A stretch of DNA of 64,000 nucleotides from an uncultured Acidobacteriota bacterium (GTDB lineage: Bacteria; Acidobacteriota; Terriglobia; Terriglobales; Acidobacteriaceae), in contig CAVOTQ010000017.1 in NCBI GenBank assembly GCA_963699385.1, forward strand, positions 37,277 through 101,276. The letters run 5' to 3'. The notes under the pieces are model-generated. The model did not search any database, had not been told where the DNA came from, and worked only from the letters and a program-made list of their open reading frames with translations. A program made the translations under genes and the position numbers. Positions 23,688 to 34,296 of the stretch are shown in pieces (the first letter of the stretch is position 1; each line of letters opens with the position of its first letter).

Positions 23688-26600
23688 TGCCGAAGTTTGC
23701 TCTCAGATTCCCTTTCTTCATTATCATGTTGTGCCTGCTGGTGACGTCTGGTGGGAGCGGTCAACATCGTTCAGATGCCGGTGGATCTGTTTCCCAAGAT
23801 CGATATGCCGGTAGTGGTGGTGGCCACGTTCTATAACGGGATGCCGCCGCAGCAGATTGAAGCCGACATCACGAATACGTTTGAACGATTCTTCACTCTG
23901 GGCGCCAACATCGACCACAGCGAGTCACGTTCGTTGACGGGCGTGAGCCTGATCAAGATCTATTTCAAGCCCGGCACCGATCCCAATGCGGCGTTGAGCA
24001 ACATCGCCAACCTGGCCATGGCCGATTTGCGCCGACTGCCGCCGGGAACTCTGCCCCCGGTAGTGCTGGGAATGGACGCATCGACGCAGCCTGTATGCCT
24101 GGTGACGCTGAAGGGTGAAGGGCTGAACGAGACCAACTTGAAAGATCTGGCACAGTTCCAGGTGCGCAACCAGATTTCCAATGTGCAGGGCGCATCAGTA
24201 CCGCAGCCCTACGGAGGAACGTACCGTCAGATTCAGATTTACGTGGATCCGCTGAAATTGGAAGCGCGTAACCTGAGCCTGAACGACGTGGTGACGTCAG
24301 TTAACAGCTCAAATCTGATTTTACCCGCGGGCGACGTGCGCATCGGTTCCAAGGATTACAACATCTACGCCAACAGCCAGTTTCCCGATGCGAATTCGAT
24401 GAACCAGATGCCACTGAAGTCGGTGGGCAACTCGTCGGTGCTGGTGGGCGACATCGGCAAGGCGATCGACTCTGGCGCTCTTCAATACAACATCGTTCGC
24501 ATCGACGGACAGCGTTCCGTTTACGTGCCGGTTTTCAAGCAGGGCGGCGACAGCAACACCATCACCATTGTCGACGGAATGAAGACCGCGATCAAACATC
24601 TGGTCGATATTCCCGAATCTCTGAAGACAGCAGTGGTATTCGACCAATCCCTTTTCGTGAAATTGGCGATCAAGAACGTTTCGAAAGAAGCGCTGATCGG
24701 ACTGGTGCTGACCGGGGTAATGATTCTCGTCTTCCTGGGCAGCCCGCGCGCCATGATTGCCGTAGTTCTTTCCGTTCCACTTTCGATGGTGGTCTGCCTA
24801 CTGGTTGTCGGGTACACGGGCGGCTCCATCAACACCATGATCCTGGGAGGACTGGCGCTGGTTTTCTCTAGGCTGATCGATAACGGCGTCATTGTGCTCG
24901 AAAACATCTTCCGGCACATGGAGCTGGGAGAATCGCCACAAGTTGCGGCGGAGAAGGGAGGAACGGAAGTCTCGATGGCGGTGCTGGCCGCCACCTTCAC
25001 CACCTCCATCGTGTTTTTTCCGGTTACGTTTTTCAACGGCGTCAGCAAGTATATCTTTACTCCGATGGCGATGGGCGTGGTGCTCTCGATCTTTGCCTCT
25101 TATTTTTTTGCGATGACCGTCGTGCCGCTCTATTGCGCCAAATTCATCCGTCTGCGCGGCGACGTTGAAGGCAAACAATCTCGGTTGACCTTCTTTACGC
25201 GCTTCGATACCAAGTTCAATGAGAAGTTCCAGGGCATGCTCAATCGGTACGAGGGGCTTGCCATGCGAGCGATGGAGCGGCCCGGATTTACCGCCGCAGC
25301 AATATTAGGCGGCGTGGTGCTGCTGCTGTTGGTTACGGTTCCCTTCATTGGCCGCGCGTACTTTCCCCGCACTGATCCGGGTCAATTCATTATCGACGTG
25401 CGCATGCCCAGCGGCACGCGTCTTGAAGTGAGTAACGACTACATCGCAAAGGTCGAAGACATCATCCGCAGCGTGGTACCTGCAAAAGATCTGGATATGA
25501 TCGTCTCCAACATCGGCGTCTATCCCGACTTGTCGGCCATCTACACCACCAACGCTTCGATGGACACTGCTTTTGTTCAGACCAGCCTGAAGGAGGGCCA
25601 CAGTACCGGGAGTTATGAGTACATGCGCCGCGTCCAGGAGAAACTTTCGCGCGAGATGCCGGAGCTGTCGACCTATTTCCAGGCTGGCGGTCTGGTCGAT
25701 TCAGTCATCAATCAAGGGCTGCCGGCTCCCATCGACATTCAGATCAAGTCGCAGGATATGGATGGATCCTATGCCCTGGCCACGCAACTGGCAGCGAAGA
25801 TCAAAGCGATACCGAACGTGAGCAGTGTGTATATCCCGCAAAGCATCGACTATCCCGGCCTGGCGCTGAACATCGACCGCGAGCGCGCCAGCCTGATCGG
25901 GCTTTCGGCCAAAGACGTGGTCGACGACGTGATTACGGCGCTAACTTCAGACGGCATGGTGGCGCCCAGTTATTGGATCGATCCCAAGAGCGGCAACAAC
26001 TACATGGTCACGGTGCAATACGCAAACAGCTGGATCGACAACATGTCGATGGAGGACATGAAGAACATTCCGCTGCGCGGCGTCCGCCCCGCGGGCTACA
26101 GCCCGATGCAGGAGAGCAGGCAGTCGGATCCAGCTTCATCGCAGACGCCCGGCGATGGGAACTCGGCGGGCTACGTGCCCTTGGGGGCGGTGGCCAATAT
26201 CCAACAGATCAACACGCCCACCGAAGTGGACCACAACCAGATTCGCCGCGTAATCGACATTTATGTGGCCACCAAGAGCGAGGCCCTGCAGGGTGTGGGC
26301 GGGCAAATCGACCGCCTGCTGGCTGACACAAAGCACGATAAGAACACAGTCATCGAGGTTAGGGGTGCTGTGGTGAGCATGAACCAGGCATTCCACGACT
26401 TCGGCGTTGGCCTCATCATTGCCATCCTGCTCGTCTATCTGATTCTGATGGCCCAGTTCGCCTCGTTCATCGACCCTTTCATCATCCTGATGGCAATTCC
26501 ACCGGGGCTGGCTGGCGTGGCACTCATCCTCCTGGTGACCGGTAGCTCGCTGAACATCATGTCGCTGATGGGTGTGATCATGATGGCCGGCATCGTGGTA

Positions 26601-26909
26601 TCGAACAGCATTCTCATCGTCGAGTTCGCGGGGATCCTTCACAAGCAAGGTATGGGGCTCAAAGCAGCTGTGGTGGAGTCGTGCAAGGTTCGTTTGCGCC
26701 CGATTCTGATGACCTCGCTGGCGACGCTGCTGGGCATGATTCCGATGGCGATGGGACTGGAGGCGGGTAGCGAACAGTATGCGCCGTTGGCGCGGGCCAT
26801 TATCGGTGGATTGGCGCTCTCTGTTGTTGTCACCATGTTCCTGGTTCCAGCGGTGTACCTGGTAGTGCATCGACGGGACGAACACAAGACCGCAGTCGCG
26901 GAGGAATAA
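23687..26909 (+). CDS. RND efflux permease (AcrB/CzcA superfamily), frameshift near 23750
   Basis: MPVDLFPKID, IDNGVIVLENIFRH, FPRTDPGQF, RLRPILMTSLATLLGMIP; TGATG coupling to the MFP gene. Confidence 0.95.
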
Positions 26910-26911
26910 AC

Positions 26912-28300
26912 ATGACTGAATCCGTAAAGAGGAGATTGATCCCTGCCGCGTGCGCGTTATTGTTACTGGTCTTTTTCCCGTGCGCAATGCTCTCGCAACA
27001 GACCCAGGCGCCGGCGGCGTCCATGCCGTCGCTGCAACTGCCGGATGCCCAGGCGCCCCCTGGGCCTGTTGAACACCTGGGACCGAGACTGACGCTGGCG
27101 GATGCAGAGCGCATGGCGATCGAGCACAACCCGAACATCAGCGTGGCGCGGCTCATTGCGCTGGCGCAGGCGCAGGTAACGCGGGAAGTGCGTTCTGCCG
27201 AGCTGCCCACGGTACAGGGCGATTTGACAGCTGTGGGCGCGCACGAAAATAGCCGCATCACGGCGGGAGCTCTGAACAACCCGTCGATCTACGACCGCGC
27301 CGCAGGCGGCTTGACAGTGAGCCAACTGATCACCGACTTCGGGCGCACGCACAACCTGGTGCGGAGCGCACAATCAAACGCACAGGCGCAACTCGAAAAC
27401 GAGCGTGCCACAGAGCTCGACATCACGTTGACAGTGGATCAGGCCTTCTATCAGGCGTTGACGAGCCAGGCGGTGCTGAAGGTGGCGCAAGCAACGGTAA
27501 AACAGCGCCAGGCCACGGTGGACCAGGTTGGATCCCTCGCTAAGGCAAAGCTGCGGTCGGATCTCGATCTGAGCTTTGCGGATGTGCAACTCTCGCAAGC
27601 CAAACTGCTTTTGCTCGACGCTCAGAATGATGCCGCTGACGCCATGGCAAGCCTCAACACGGTGTTGGGCTCTGAACAAGATGAGCAATACACGCTCGTG
27701 GATGAGACTACGGCTAGTCCCGACCCTGCACCCCAGGACGCCGAGGCTCTGCTGCAAACAGCTTTTGCCGCGCGTCCCGATCTTGCCGCGCTCAACTCGA
27801 GCTACACCGCTGCCCGCCAGTTCAGCACTGCCGAACGCGAGTTGTGGATGCCGACGGTTTCGGCGCTGGCCGCGGTGGGTGGTACGCCGGTGCGCGCGGA
27901 TCAGATTCAATCCTCGTGGTACGGCGCCGCTGGCGCAAACATTAGCATTTCGGTCTTCAACGGATTTCTTTACAACGCCCGCGCAAAGGAGGCAAAGCTC
28001 CGCGCCAATGCTGCCGGGGAACAAGTGAGGAACTTGCGCGATGTGATTGCACGCGATTTGCGCACCGCGGTCCTGAATGCACAGAACGCGTTTCAGCGCA
28101 TCGGCGTCACGCAGGAAATGCTGAACCAGTCAAACATGGCCCTCGATCTTTCAGAGGCACGGTACAAAATCGGCTTGAGCGGGATCGTGGAGCTGACCCA
28201 GGCGCAACTGGCGCAAACGCAGGCTGAGATCGCCTATGCGAATGCACGCTACGCCTATCAAACCGCGCTCGCGGTAGTGCGGTTCCAGACTGGTCAGTAG
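26912..28300 (+). CDS. TolC family outer-membrane efflux protein
   Basis: LTLADAERMAIEHNP, VSQLITDFGRT, RPDL, ARYKIGLSGIVELTQAQ. Confidence 0.92.
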   Translation: MTESVKRRLIPAACALLLLVFFPCAMLSQQTQAPAASMPSLQLPDAQAPPGPVEHLGPRLTLADAERMAIEHNPNISVARLIALAQAQVTREVRSAELPTVQGDLTAVGAHENSRITAGALNNPSIYDRAAGGLTVSQLITDFGRTHNLVRSAQSNAQAQLENERATELDITLTVDQAFYQALTSQAVLKVAQATVKQRQATVDQVGSLAKAKLRSDLDLSFADVQLSQAKLLLLDAQNDAADAMASLNTVLGSEQDEQYTLVDETTASPDPAPQDAEALLQTAFAARPDLAALNSSYTAARQFSTAERELWMPTVSALAAVGGTPVRADQIQSSWYGAAGANISISVFNGFLYNARAKEAKLRANAAGEQVRNLRDVIARDLRTAVLNAQNAFQRIGVTQEMLNQSNMALDLSEARYKIGLSGIVELTQAQLAQTQAEIAYANARYAYQTALAVVRFQTGQ

Positions 28301-28432
28301 CCTTGTGAAATTTGCCGCGGCCTCTTCGGCGTGGTTGGATTCTCTCCTCTAGCGGATCGTATCCATTTCTCCATGAGAGAAGAACGTAAGGATCATTTTG
28401 ATGTTGAGTTCGATTTCCAGGAGATAGCCACC

Positions 28433-29320
28433 ATGCCAGTGATTGGCGACAGACCCGAATTGATTCTGAAGACCGTTATCTATGCAACAGATTTTTCTAA
28501 TTGCTCCAAGAACGCCGGCCTTTACGCTGCGCGCATAGCTGCCTATTTCTCAGCAAAACTGATGGTAACTCATGCCTTCACGCTGGAACAGGCCGCGTTA
28601 GAGGTTGAAATTGGTGACGGACGGTTAAGCGAGCAGAGACGAAGCTTGACGCATCTTCTGGCGAAAGAGGCAGCCCTTCTGGGAGGAAATTCAGTCGAAG
28701 CCGTTCCCGTCCTTCTCGAAGGGGAACCGCAATTTGTTATTCCGGGCCTGGCGGATACGCACGAGCCGTCCATGATCGTTCTGGGAACGCATGGTGGAGG
28801 GCGGTTGGAGCGGGGAATCATTGGCTCGGTCGCTGAGAAAATCCTGAGGTCCACCCGATGGCCAGCGCTTACCGTCGGCCCCCAGATTCCACCCGTAACT
28901 TCACATACGTTCCCTTTCGAGAGAATTCTCTTTGCGACCGACTTTACTGAGGCGTCCGCCAATGCTGCGGCCTATGCGGTGACATTCGCGGAGGTTTTCG
29001 CGGCGAAGATTGACGTGCTCAATGTGATTCAGGACGATGTCATTGAACATCCTGAGCGAATCGCCGAATTTCAGACTCGCTTCTTGAGTGCCCTTGACGC
29101 ACTCGTGCCGCAATCTGCCAGAGAATTCTGCGATCCAAGATCATATGTGGCGGTCGGCGGGGCGCACGACAAGATCCTTGAACACATCAGAGAGCGGTCT
29201 ATCGAACTTCTCGTGCTCGGTATCCGGAAAACATCGCACATCAGCATGGAGATGAGAACATCTGGAGCCTTTCGGATCATAGTAGATGCTCCTTGCCCAG
29301 TCCTGACGATTAGAAGCTGA
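28433..29320 (+). CDS. Tandem universal stress protein (two USP domains)
   Basis: IYATDFS...MIVLGTHG...IGSVAEKILR and ILFATDF...LLVLG...APCPVLTI; AGGAG RBS. Confidence 0.92.
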   Translation: MPVIGDRPELILKTVIYATDFSNCSKNAGLYAARIAAYFSAKLMVTHAFTLEQAALEVEIGDGRLSEQRRSLTHLLAKEAALLGGNSVEAVPVLLEGEPQFVIPGLADTHEPSMIVLGTHGGGRLERGIIGSVAEKILRSTRWPALTVGPQIPPVTSHTFPFERILFATDFTEASANAAAYAVTFAEVFAAKIDVLNVIQDDVIEHPERIAEFQTRFLSALDALVPQSAREFCDPRSYVAVGGAHDKILEHIRERSIELLVLGIRKTSHISMEMRTSGAFRIIVDAPCPVLTIRS

Positions 29321-29348
29321 GCGGTGGACCGCTTTGCCGGGGAATTAG

Positions 29349-29765
29349 ATGGGTAGACGGAAGAGCCGTCCGACTTATAAATACAATCACACACCTACAA
29401 CGCTACTCCTGGCGTTGTTGGGAGGTTCGTGTGCCTTCATTGCCGTTGAGATGACACTTCCAGACGTATTGGATGTGTGGGGAAGCCGGATAAACAATTT
29501 CCCGGAGTGGCAATTTCATATGGGATCGACGTGCGTTGGAATCGCGACATTCTTCACATTCTTATTCCTCTTGGAATTGCACGAAACCAAGTCGCGCATA
29601 ACAGCCTGGCGATCAAGTGCACCGTGGTTGCCTCTGGTTGGGCTCACCTTGTTGGCAACAATCATTCGTATCCACTACTTCATTGTGATTCTGGTGGGAA
29701 CCATCTGCGGCGTATGGGCCTACCGCAAAACCTCCAGCGTGCGTAGCTCGCCCCGCCTTCCGTGA
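29349..29765 (+). CDS. Hypothetical multi-pass membrane protein
   Basis: 138-aa ORF with about four hydrophobic segments. Confidence 0.55.
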   Translation: MGRRKSRPTYKYNHTPTTLLLALLGGSCAFIAVEMTLPDVLDVWGSRINNFPEWQFHMGSTCVGIATFFTFLFLLELHETKSRITAWRSSAPWLPLVGLTLLATIIRIHYFIVILVGTICGVWAYRKTSSVRSSPRLP

Positions 29766-30149
29766 GCCGAAAGCGTGCGCGTAGCTGTCGTGTTGGTGAA
29801 TCGCCAAAGCACTCAGCGACCACAACGCTTAGAGCAACATGGCCGTATATCGGCTTTCCGGACATGTGCGCCAAAATCCTGATGACATGTCTGATTGAGC
29901 ACCCATCTTGTTGGCGCATCCACTCTTAACATCGTTGACTGACCTGAATGAAATCCCGCGTCGGAAAGCCCGCAAATCAATAGCAGTTCGACATTTTACG
30001 TTTTTACGCTTTTATTGTGTGTAGAAGCATGTCGGCGACTGGGAGCCGCTGGCAATCGTTGGAGTGGTCATTCTAAGACAATTCTGGTGGAATCACCGGT
30101 TTAAGGGCGTAACTGCCGCTGATAAAAAGGGTTAGTTTTTCTGCAGCGG

Positions 30150-30186
30150 TCGAGTCCCTGCTTCGGCACCAAAAGCACCAAAATTT
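30150..30186 (+). repeat. Duplicated tRNA-Leu 3' end (att site) plus a second short copy gcaccaaaattt
   Basis: tcgagtccctgcttcggcaccaaaa then gcaccaaaattt. Confidence 0.88.
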
Positions 30187-30204
30187 TTCTGGGGGCTTCC
30201 CACC

Positions 30205-30690
30205 ATGGCCGACGTGGGCGGACCGATAAATAACCTTGAGAAAATTTACAATGAAACAGTGCCGTGTGGTTCCAGTGCGAGTCAGGTGATGGGTGCAGTG
30301 GAAAACAACTTCCCGTTATTCGGAAACTACTCTCGAGATGGAGGAGCTGAAAAACTCACATTCTCGCCGCGCGCAAATATGGGTCCAGGTTCGACGATTC
30401 CGATCCAGGCTAGCGTCGTCGGATATCATGAAAACCTGACTGTAAACGTCCAGTCGATGAATTCGCAGAGCATGACCTTTACAACAACTCCTGGTCATCT
30501 TATATATCCTGGGTGGATTACGTTTTCTGCTTCGACTGCCTTACCGGGCTCTATCAACTTCAACATTCATCTTGGGGGAACCGTCGCGCAACCCAAGCGG
30601 TTCAAATACTTTGGCGACGAATTTGAAAACGCGCAGTGGATGAACTTCCTTGCGCAAGTCAGAACCTTCTGCAACGGAGGCGCCAAATGA
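30205..30690 (+). CDS. Hypothetical protein, possibly an orphan polymorphic-toxin C-terminal domain
   Basis: 161 aa; frame open back through the att site, no clear RBS; FTTTPGHL motif; ATGA-coupled to a small membrane ORF. Confidence 0.55.
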   Translation: MADVGGPINNLEKIYNETVPCGSSASQVMGAVENNFPLFGNYSRDGGAEKLTFSPRANMGPGSTIPIQASVVGYHENLTVNVQSMNSQSMTFTTTPGHLIYPGWITFSASTALPGSINFNIHLGGTVAQPKRFKYFGDEFENAQWMNFLAQVRTFCNGGAK

Positions 30691-30986
30691 TCGGAACAAC
30701 AGGCGCTACTATCGTGATCGTATTCTACGTACTCGTCACTTGTGTGCTGGGGATAGGCGCAGGGGGTCTTACGTGCTTGGTGCTGAGGCAATCTTGGAAC
30801 GTCAGACAGGCACTCATAGACGCGGTGCTCGTGGTGGGCGTCACCGTTGTCACGGCCTACGTGGTTGATGCAATAGACATCCCCCGTGGCGTCTGGGAAT
30901 CCCGCAATGGACTGATCTTAGCTGTCGCCGTTGGCAGCGTTGTGGTAAGACATTTCATCCGCTTCGTATTTCGCTCTACGCACTAG
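30687..30986 (+). CDS. Small 3-TM membrane protein (candidate immunity protein)
   Basis: MIGTTGATIVIVFYVLV...; ATGA overlap with the upstream gene. Confidence 0.6.
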   Translation: MIGTTGATIVIVFYVLVTCVLGIGAGGLTCLVLRQSWNVRQALIDAVLVVGVTVVTAYVVDAIDIPRGVWESRNGLILAVAVGSVVVRHFIRFVFRSTH

Positions 30987-31563
30987 GATCGCTTACAGAG
31001 AGTTTCATCCGAGCATGTGAATCCCTCACGAATCGATGCTGCATCGCGCGCGAGAAAGGGTAACCAATGCGGGCTAGAAGGTGCCGAGGACGGGACACCG
31101 CTTCAATGACGTACAAGACAGACTCGCTCTCTGCATCAAAGTCAATGGCGAAGCGCTCCTGCCCTTCCTCGACGTGAAAAGCGGTCGTACTGTATATGAA
31201 CCCGAACTGATTCGAGTTGTCCACTACCTCGACAATGCGGTTGAAATTTATTGACCACAAGCAGGCAGTGTGAGCCTCCACGGCTACTAACTCGCCGAGT
31301 GCGATCTCGGGAAGGGGGTACGCGACCTCTACCCATCCCAGATCGAACTCTTTCCATTTCTGAAATGCTTCGCGGGCGGTCTGGAATGCGCGCAATCCTC
31401 TACCGACCTCGCTCCGGAAGTGTTCATGCACAAAGCCCTCCGGTGGGGTTCCAAGCGCGCCGTGGGCGAAAGTCAGTAATTGAGGGCTGGATACTGCGGC
31501 TTCCCGTGCGGCCGCCAGGAGCTTTTCCTTCTGACTTTCGCTTGCTCGAAATGGCCGTAACAT
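30976..31563 (-). CDS. DUF1990 family protein
   Basis: EVGRGLRAFQTAREAFQKWKEFDLGWV, RIVEVVD, FGFIYSTTAFHVEEGQERF, AVSRPRH. Confidence 0.82.
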   Translation of the reverse strand: MLRPFRASESQKEKLLAAAREAAVSSPQLLTFAHGALGTPPEGFVHEHFRSEVGRGLRAFQTAREAFQKWKEFDLGWVEVAYPLPEIALGELVAVEAHTACLWSINFNRIVEVVDNSNQFGFIYSTTAFHVEEGQERFAIDFDAESESVLYVIEAVSRPRHLLARIGYPFSRAMQHRFVRDSHARMKLSVSDPSA

Positions 31564-31917
31564 ACTTCCAGTATCTCAGGTGTTGTCCCTCGCCAAAATG
31601 CGATCAGGGCACGAAATGGCTTGCGATTAACCGTAAAGAGAAAGGTAGCCTCTCGGAAAAAGTTTGGCTGGAACTTGAATCGGTGGAGATTGGAGATGAC
31701 CTGCCCCCGATTTCTCAACCACTGATAACTGGAGTTTCCCGGTTTTGGTTTGGCTTCGAGATTGACTCGTAGCCGCCTGTACCTCGCCAAAATGCAATCG
31801 GCGTTCATTTTCATAACTTTCCGGCCTAGCATGATTTGCTGGGATCAATTCGCTCTTAACCGTTAGGACTTTGTGAATTCTCGGTCGGACAGCGTTTTGG
31901 CGAGAAACAGCCGCAAG

Positions 31918-32055
31918 TCAAAGTGTGAAGTGCGCCGGATCGTCTTTCCAGGGATTGAAGATCGCCGCGCCGCTGTGGGCCACATGGAGGACATTTCGCG
32001 TTGCGAGGTAGAGGTCGTGCTCAATCGCTGTAGCAGCAAGCAACGTATCGACGTT
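31918..32055 (-). pseudogene. C-terminal remnant of a PIN/VapC toxin
   Basis: VDTLLAATAIEHDLYLATRNV...IFNPW; N-terminal half absent. Confidence 0.75.
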
Positions 32056-32223
32056 GCCGTGATTAAGGATGGTTCTGAAAAGGCCTTGTTTGTCTGGGGA
32101 CAAATCACCTACGACGACGTATTCGGGAAGGAGCACCACACTAAGTTTGGGCAAAGCCTAGTGTGGCTCCCGGATGGCAAGATATTCGGCTACTACACTC
32201 CCGGCCAAAACGACGCTGACTAG
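32046..32223 (+). pseudogene. C-terminal remnant of a hypothetical protein
   Basis: LFVWGQITYDDVFGKEHHTKF...NDAD* reads as protein but has no proper start; abuts the PIN remnant. Confidence 0.5.
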
Positions 32224-32282
32224 TACCCCTACAATAGCTACAACAACCTGTTTCCTCGCGCGCACCCGCCGCCGTCAGTTCG

Positions 32283-34115
32283 CCGGGGCAGTTTTATATC
32301 GATCGCAAGAGCGCCACGATTTATTACGTTCCGCGCAAGGGCGAGGATTTGACCAAGGCCGATGTTGAACTGGCTGGTTTAGAAACGCTGGTCGAGATGA
32401 GAGGCACAGCGGCAAATCCCGTGCACAACATAATTTTCGACGGCGTGCAGTTTTCTTACGCAACGTGGCTCGGACCGAACGGTCCAGACGGCTTCTCTGA
32501 AATTCAGGCCGGATACCAGGTGACCGGGCCCGAAGGCTGGTCGAAACAGGGACTCTGCTCACTTGTGCTGGGCGGCATGTGTCCTTATGGAGCGTGGACC
32601 AAGGAACCAGGCAACGTGCGGTTGAGCTATGCGCATGACGTGCATTTCATCCGCGACGCATTCGTTCATTTAGGCGCGGCGGGATTAGATCTTGGCCCCG
32701 GTGCGCAAAACGATCTGGTGGAGGGATCGGTCTTCAACGATATTTCCGGCAACGGGCTGGAACTGGCCGGCGTCGATGCTCCTCTCGCTCCCGATGCGGA
32801 TTTTGCCATCGGCAATCGCATTGTGAACAACCTTTTCGAGCATGTCGGGGCGGAGTATCGCGGCGGCATCGCCATCGTCATCGGTTATGCGCGCCAAACG
32901 TTGGTGAGCCACAACCAGATCGACCAGGTTCCTTACGCGGCTATCTCCATCGGCTGGGGCGGCTGGCCCGATAAGATTCAAATGGCCGGCGAAGCCAACA
33001 ACTCCGCGCACAATGTCATTGCCGATAACCTCATTCACCACCAGATGCTAGTGCTCTCCGACGGCGGCGCTATTTACACGCAGTGCCGCACTGGCAAGAC
33101 GCTCGAGGACGGTGAATTGGTGAGCGGCAATGTGGTTCGCGATCAATACAGCACCGGCCATGCGATCTATACCGACAACGGCTCGTCGATGATCACAATC
33201 CGCGGCAACGTGATGTTCAATACCAATCACGATAATTGGGGCAGCCGCCACCGCAACTGGTACGACGGCAACGAGGGAAAGATCTACGATCCGCTGCGAA
33301 TCGTGGGTAACTACTGGCAGCAGGGCGATGAGGACTCCGACAAGGAGGCTGTGTTTGTCGAGGATAATCATCTGATCAGTTCGCTCGATCAGGTTCCGAA
33401 GGAAATTCTTGACAACGCCGGAATCGAAGCGGCGTTTCGAAAAATTCTCGACGAGCGTTTTGCGGCACCCGTTGCACCAGAGCCGCCCAGCCGCGTGGCC
33501 GCATGGGGCGGCGATGGCTATGCCGACGTAACCTGGAACCCAACCGTCAACGAAGGCGGCTCGCACGTGGAAGCGTATCTTGTCCGCGCATCGAACGGTG
33601 CGGAGATGCGCGTCTCAAACGAGGAGTTTTGGAAAAACGCGTACGTGAAGTTCACCGGCCTGCCGAATGGACAGCCGCTGACCTTCTCGGTTGCTGCCGT
33701 CAACCAGCAGGGCGTGGGTGAAGCCTCGCTTCCGTCGCAGCCGGTGACGCTGAGCGACGCGCCGCTTGCGCCGATTGCTGCGCCCGAAAATGTGACCGTA
33801 CATCCGGGCAAGGGCGCAGTGAGCATCCACTTCCAGTTGCCTCCGGGGCTCGAACGCAGGGAGGGCAACGAAGAACCCGACTCGGGCAGCAAGGGAGTGT
33901 CGAGCCCGATTCTGGCCTATGCGATCACCGTCAATCCGGGCGGACGGAAGGTGCTCTTCACTGGTCGCAACATTGTTGCTCTCGAAGGCAGGCACGCGAG
34001 CTTCAACGTTGTCGATGGTCTTCAATCGAGTGTTGAGTACACATTCAGCGTCTCAGCCGTAGGTAACGGCGGCGAGGGAGCGCCGGCCGTTGTTGGTCCG
34101 GTGCGCATCCCTTAG
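32283..34115 (+). CDS. Right-handed beta-helix + fibronectin type III protein, 5'-truncated
   Basis: PGQFYID...IYYVPR start, DISGNG, VPYAAISIGWG, DGGAIY, IYTDNGS, two FN3-like repeats; no signal peptide; in-frame stop at 32235. Confidence 0.75.
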   Translation, partial: PGQFYIDRKSATIYYVPRKGEDLTKADVELAGLETLVEMRGTAANPVHNIIFDGVQFSYATWLGPNGPDGFSEIQAGYQVTGPEGWSKQGLCSLVLGGMCPYGAWTKEPGNVRLSYAHDVHFIRDAFVHLGAAGLDLGPGAQNDLVEGSVFNDISGNGLELAGVDAPLAPDADFAIGNRIVNNLFEHVGAEYRGGIAIVIGYARQTLVSHNQIDQVPYAAISIGWGGWPDKIQMAGEANNSAHNVIADNLIHHQMLVLSDGGAIYTQCRTGKTLEDGELVSGNVVRDQYSTGHAIYTDNGSSMITIRGNVMFNTNHDNWGSRHRNWYDGNEGKIYDPLRIVGNYWQQGDEDSDKEAVFVEDNHLISSLDQVPKEILDNAGIEAAFRKILDERFAAPVAPEPPSRVAAWGGDGYADVTWNPTVNEGGSHVEAYLVRASNGAEMRVSNEEFWKNAYVKFTGLPNGQPLTFSVAAVNQQGVGEASLPSQPVTLSDAPLAPIAAPENVTVHPGKGAVSIHFQLPPGLERREGNEEPDSGSKGVSSPILAYAITVNPGGRKVLFTGRNIVALEGRHASFNVVDGLQSSVEYTFSVSAVGNGGEGAPAVVGPVRIP

Positions 34116-34296
34116 AACGAACCAGCCGCGAATGCGAACAATTCGCGGCTGGAAATTCCAGGGCGGTGACCGCAACAGACGGCGCGGATAAATATTCGCA
34201 ATCCATCCGCAATTTCGACGGCCTGGGACCGGCGTGACTGCCGGCCCCGGCCGCAAGGATTACTCCTTTGGGATAGATTTAACCTGACCGTGCTGG

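Larger units (their letters stand above)
11598..30174. mobile_element. Genomic island integrated at the tRNA-Leu 3' end; no integrase recognised
   Basis: tcgagtccct(t/g)cttcggcaccaaaa at 11576-11600 repeated at 30150-30174 (24/25); accessory cargo, AT-richer spacers, no REP copies seen inside. Confidence 0.8.

Noticed and set aside
12813-31665. Similar gaaaggtagc...ggaaaaag motifs near 12813 and 31640
   Set aside because: Too short and variably spaced to exceed chance
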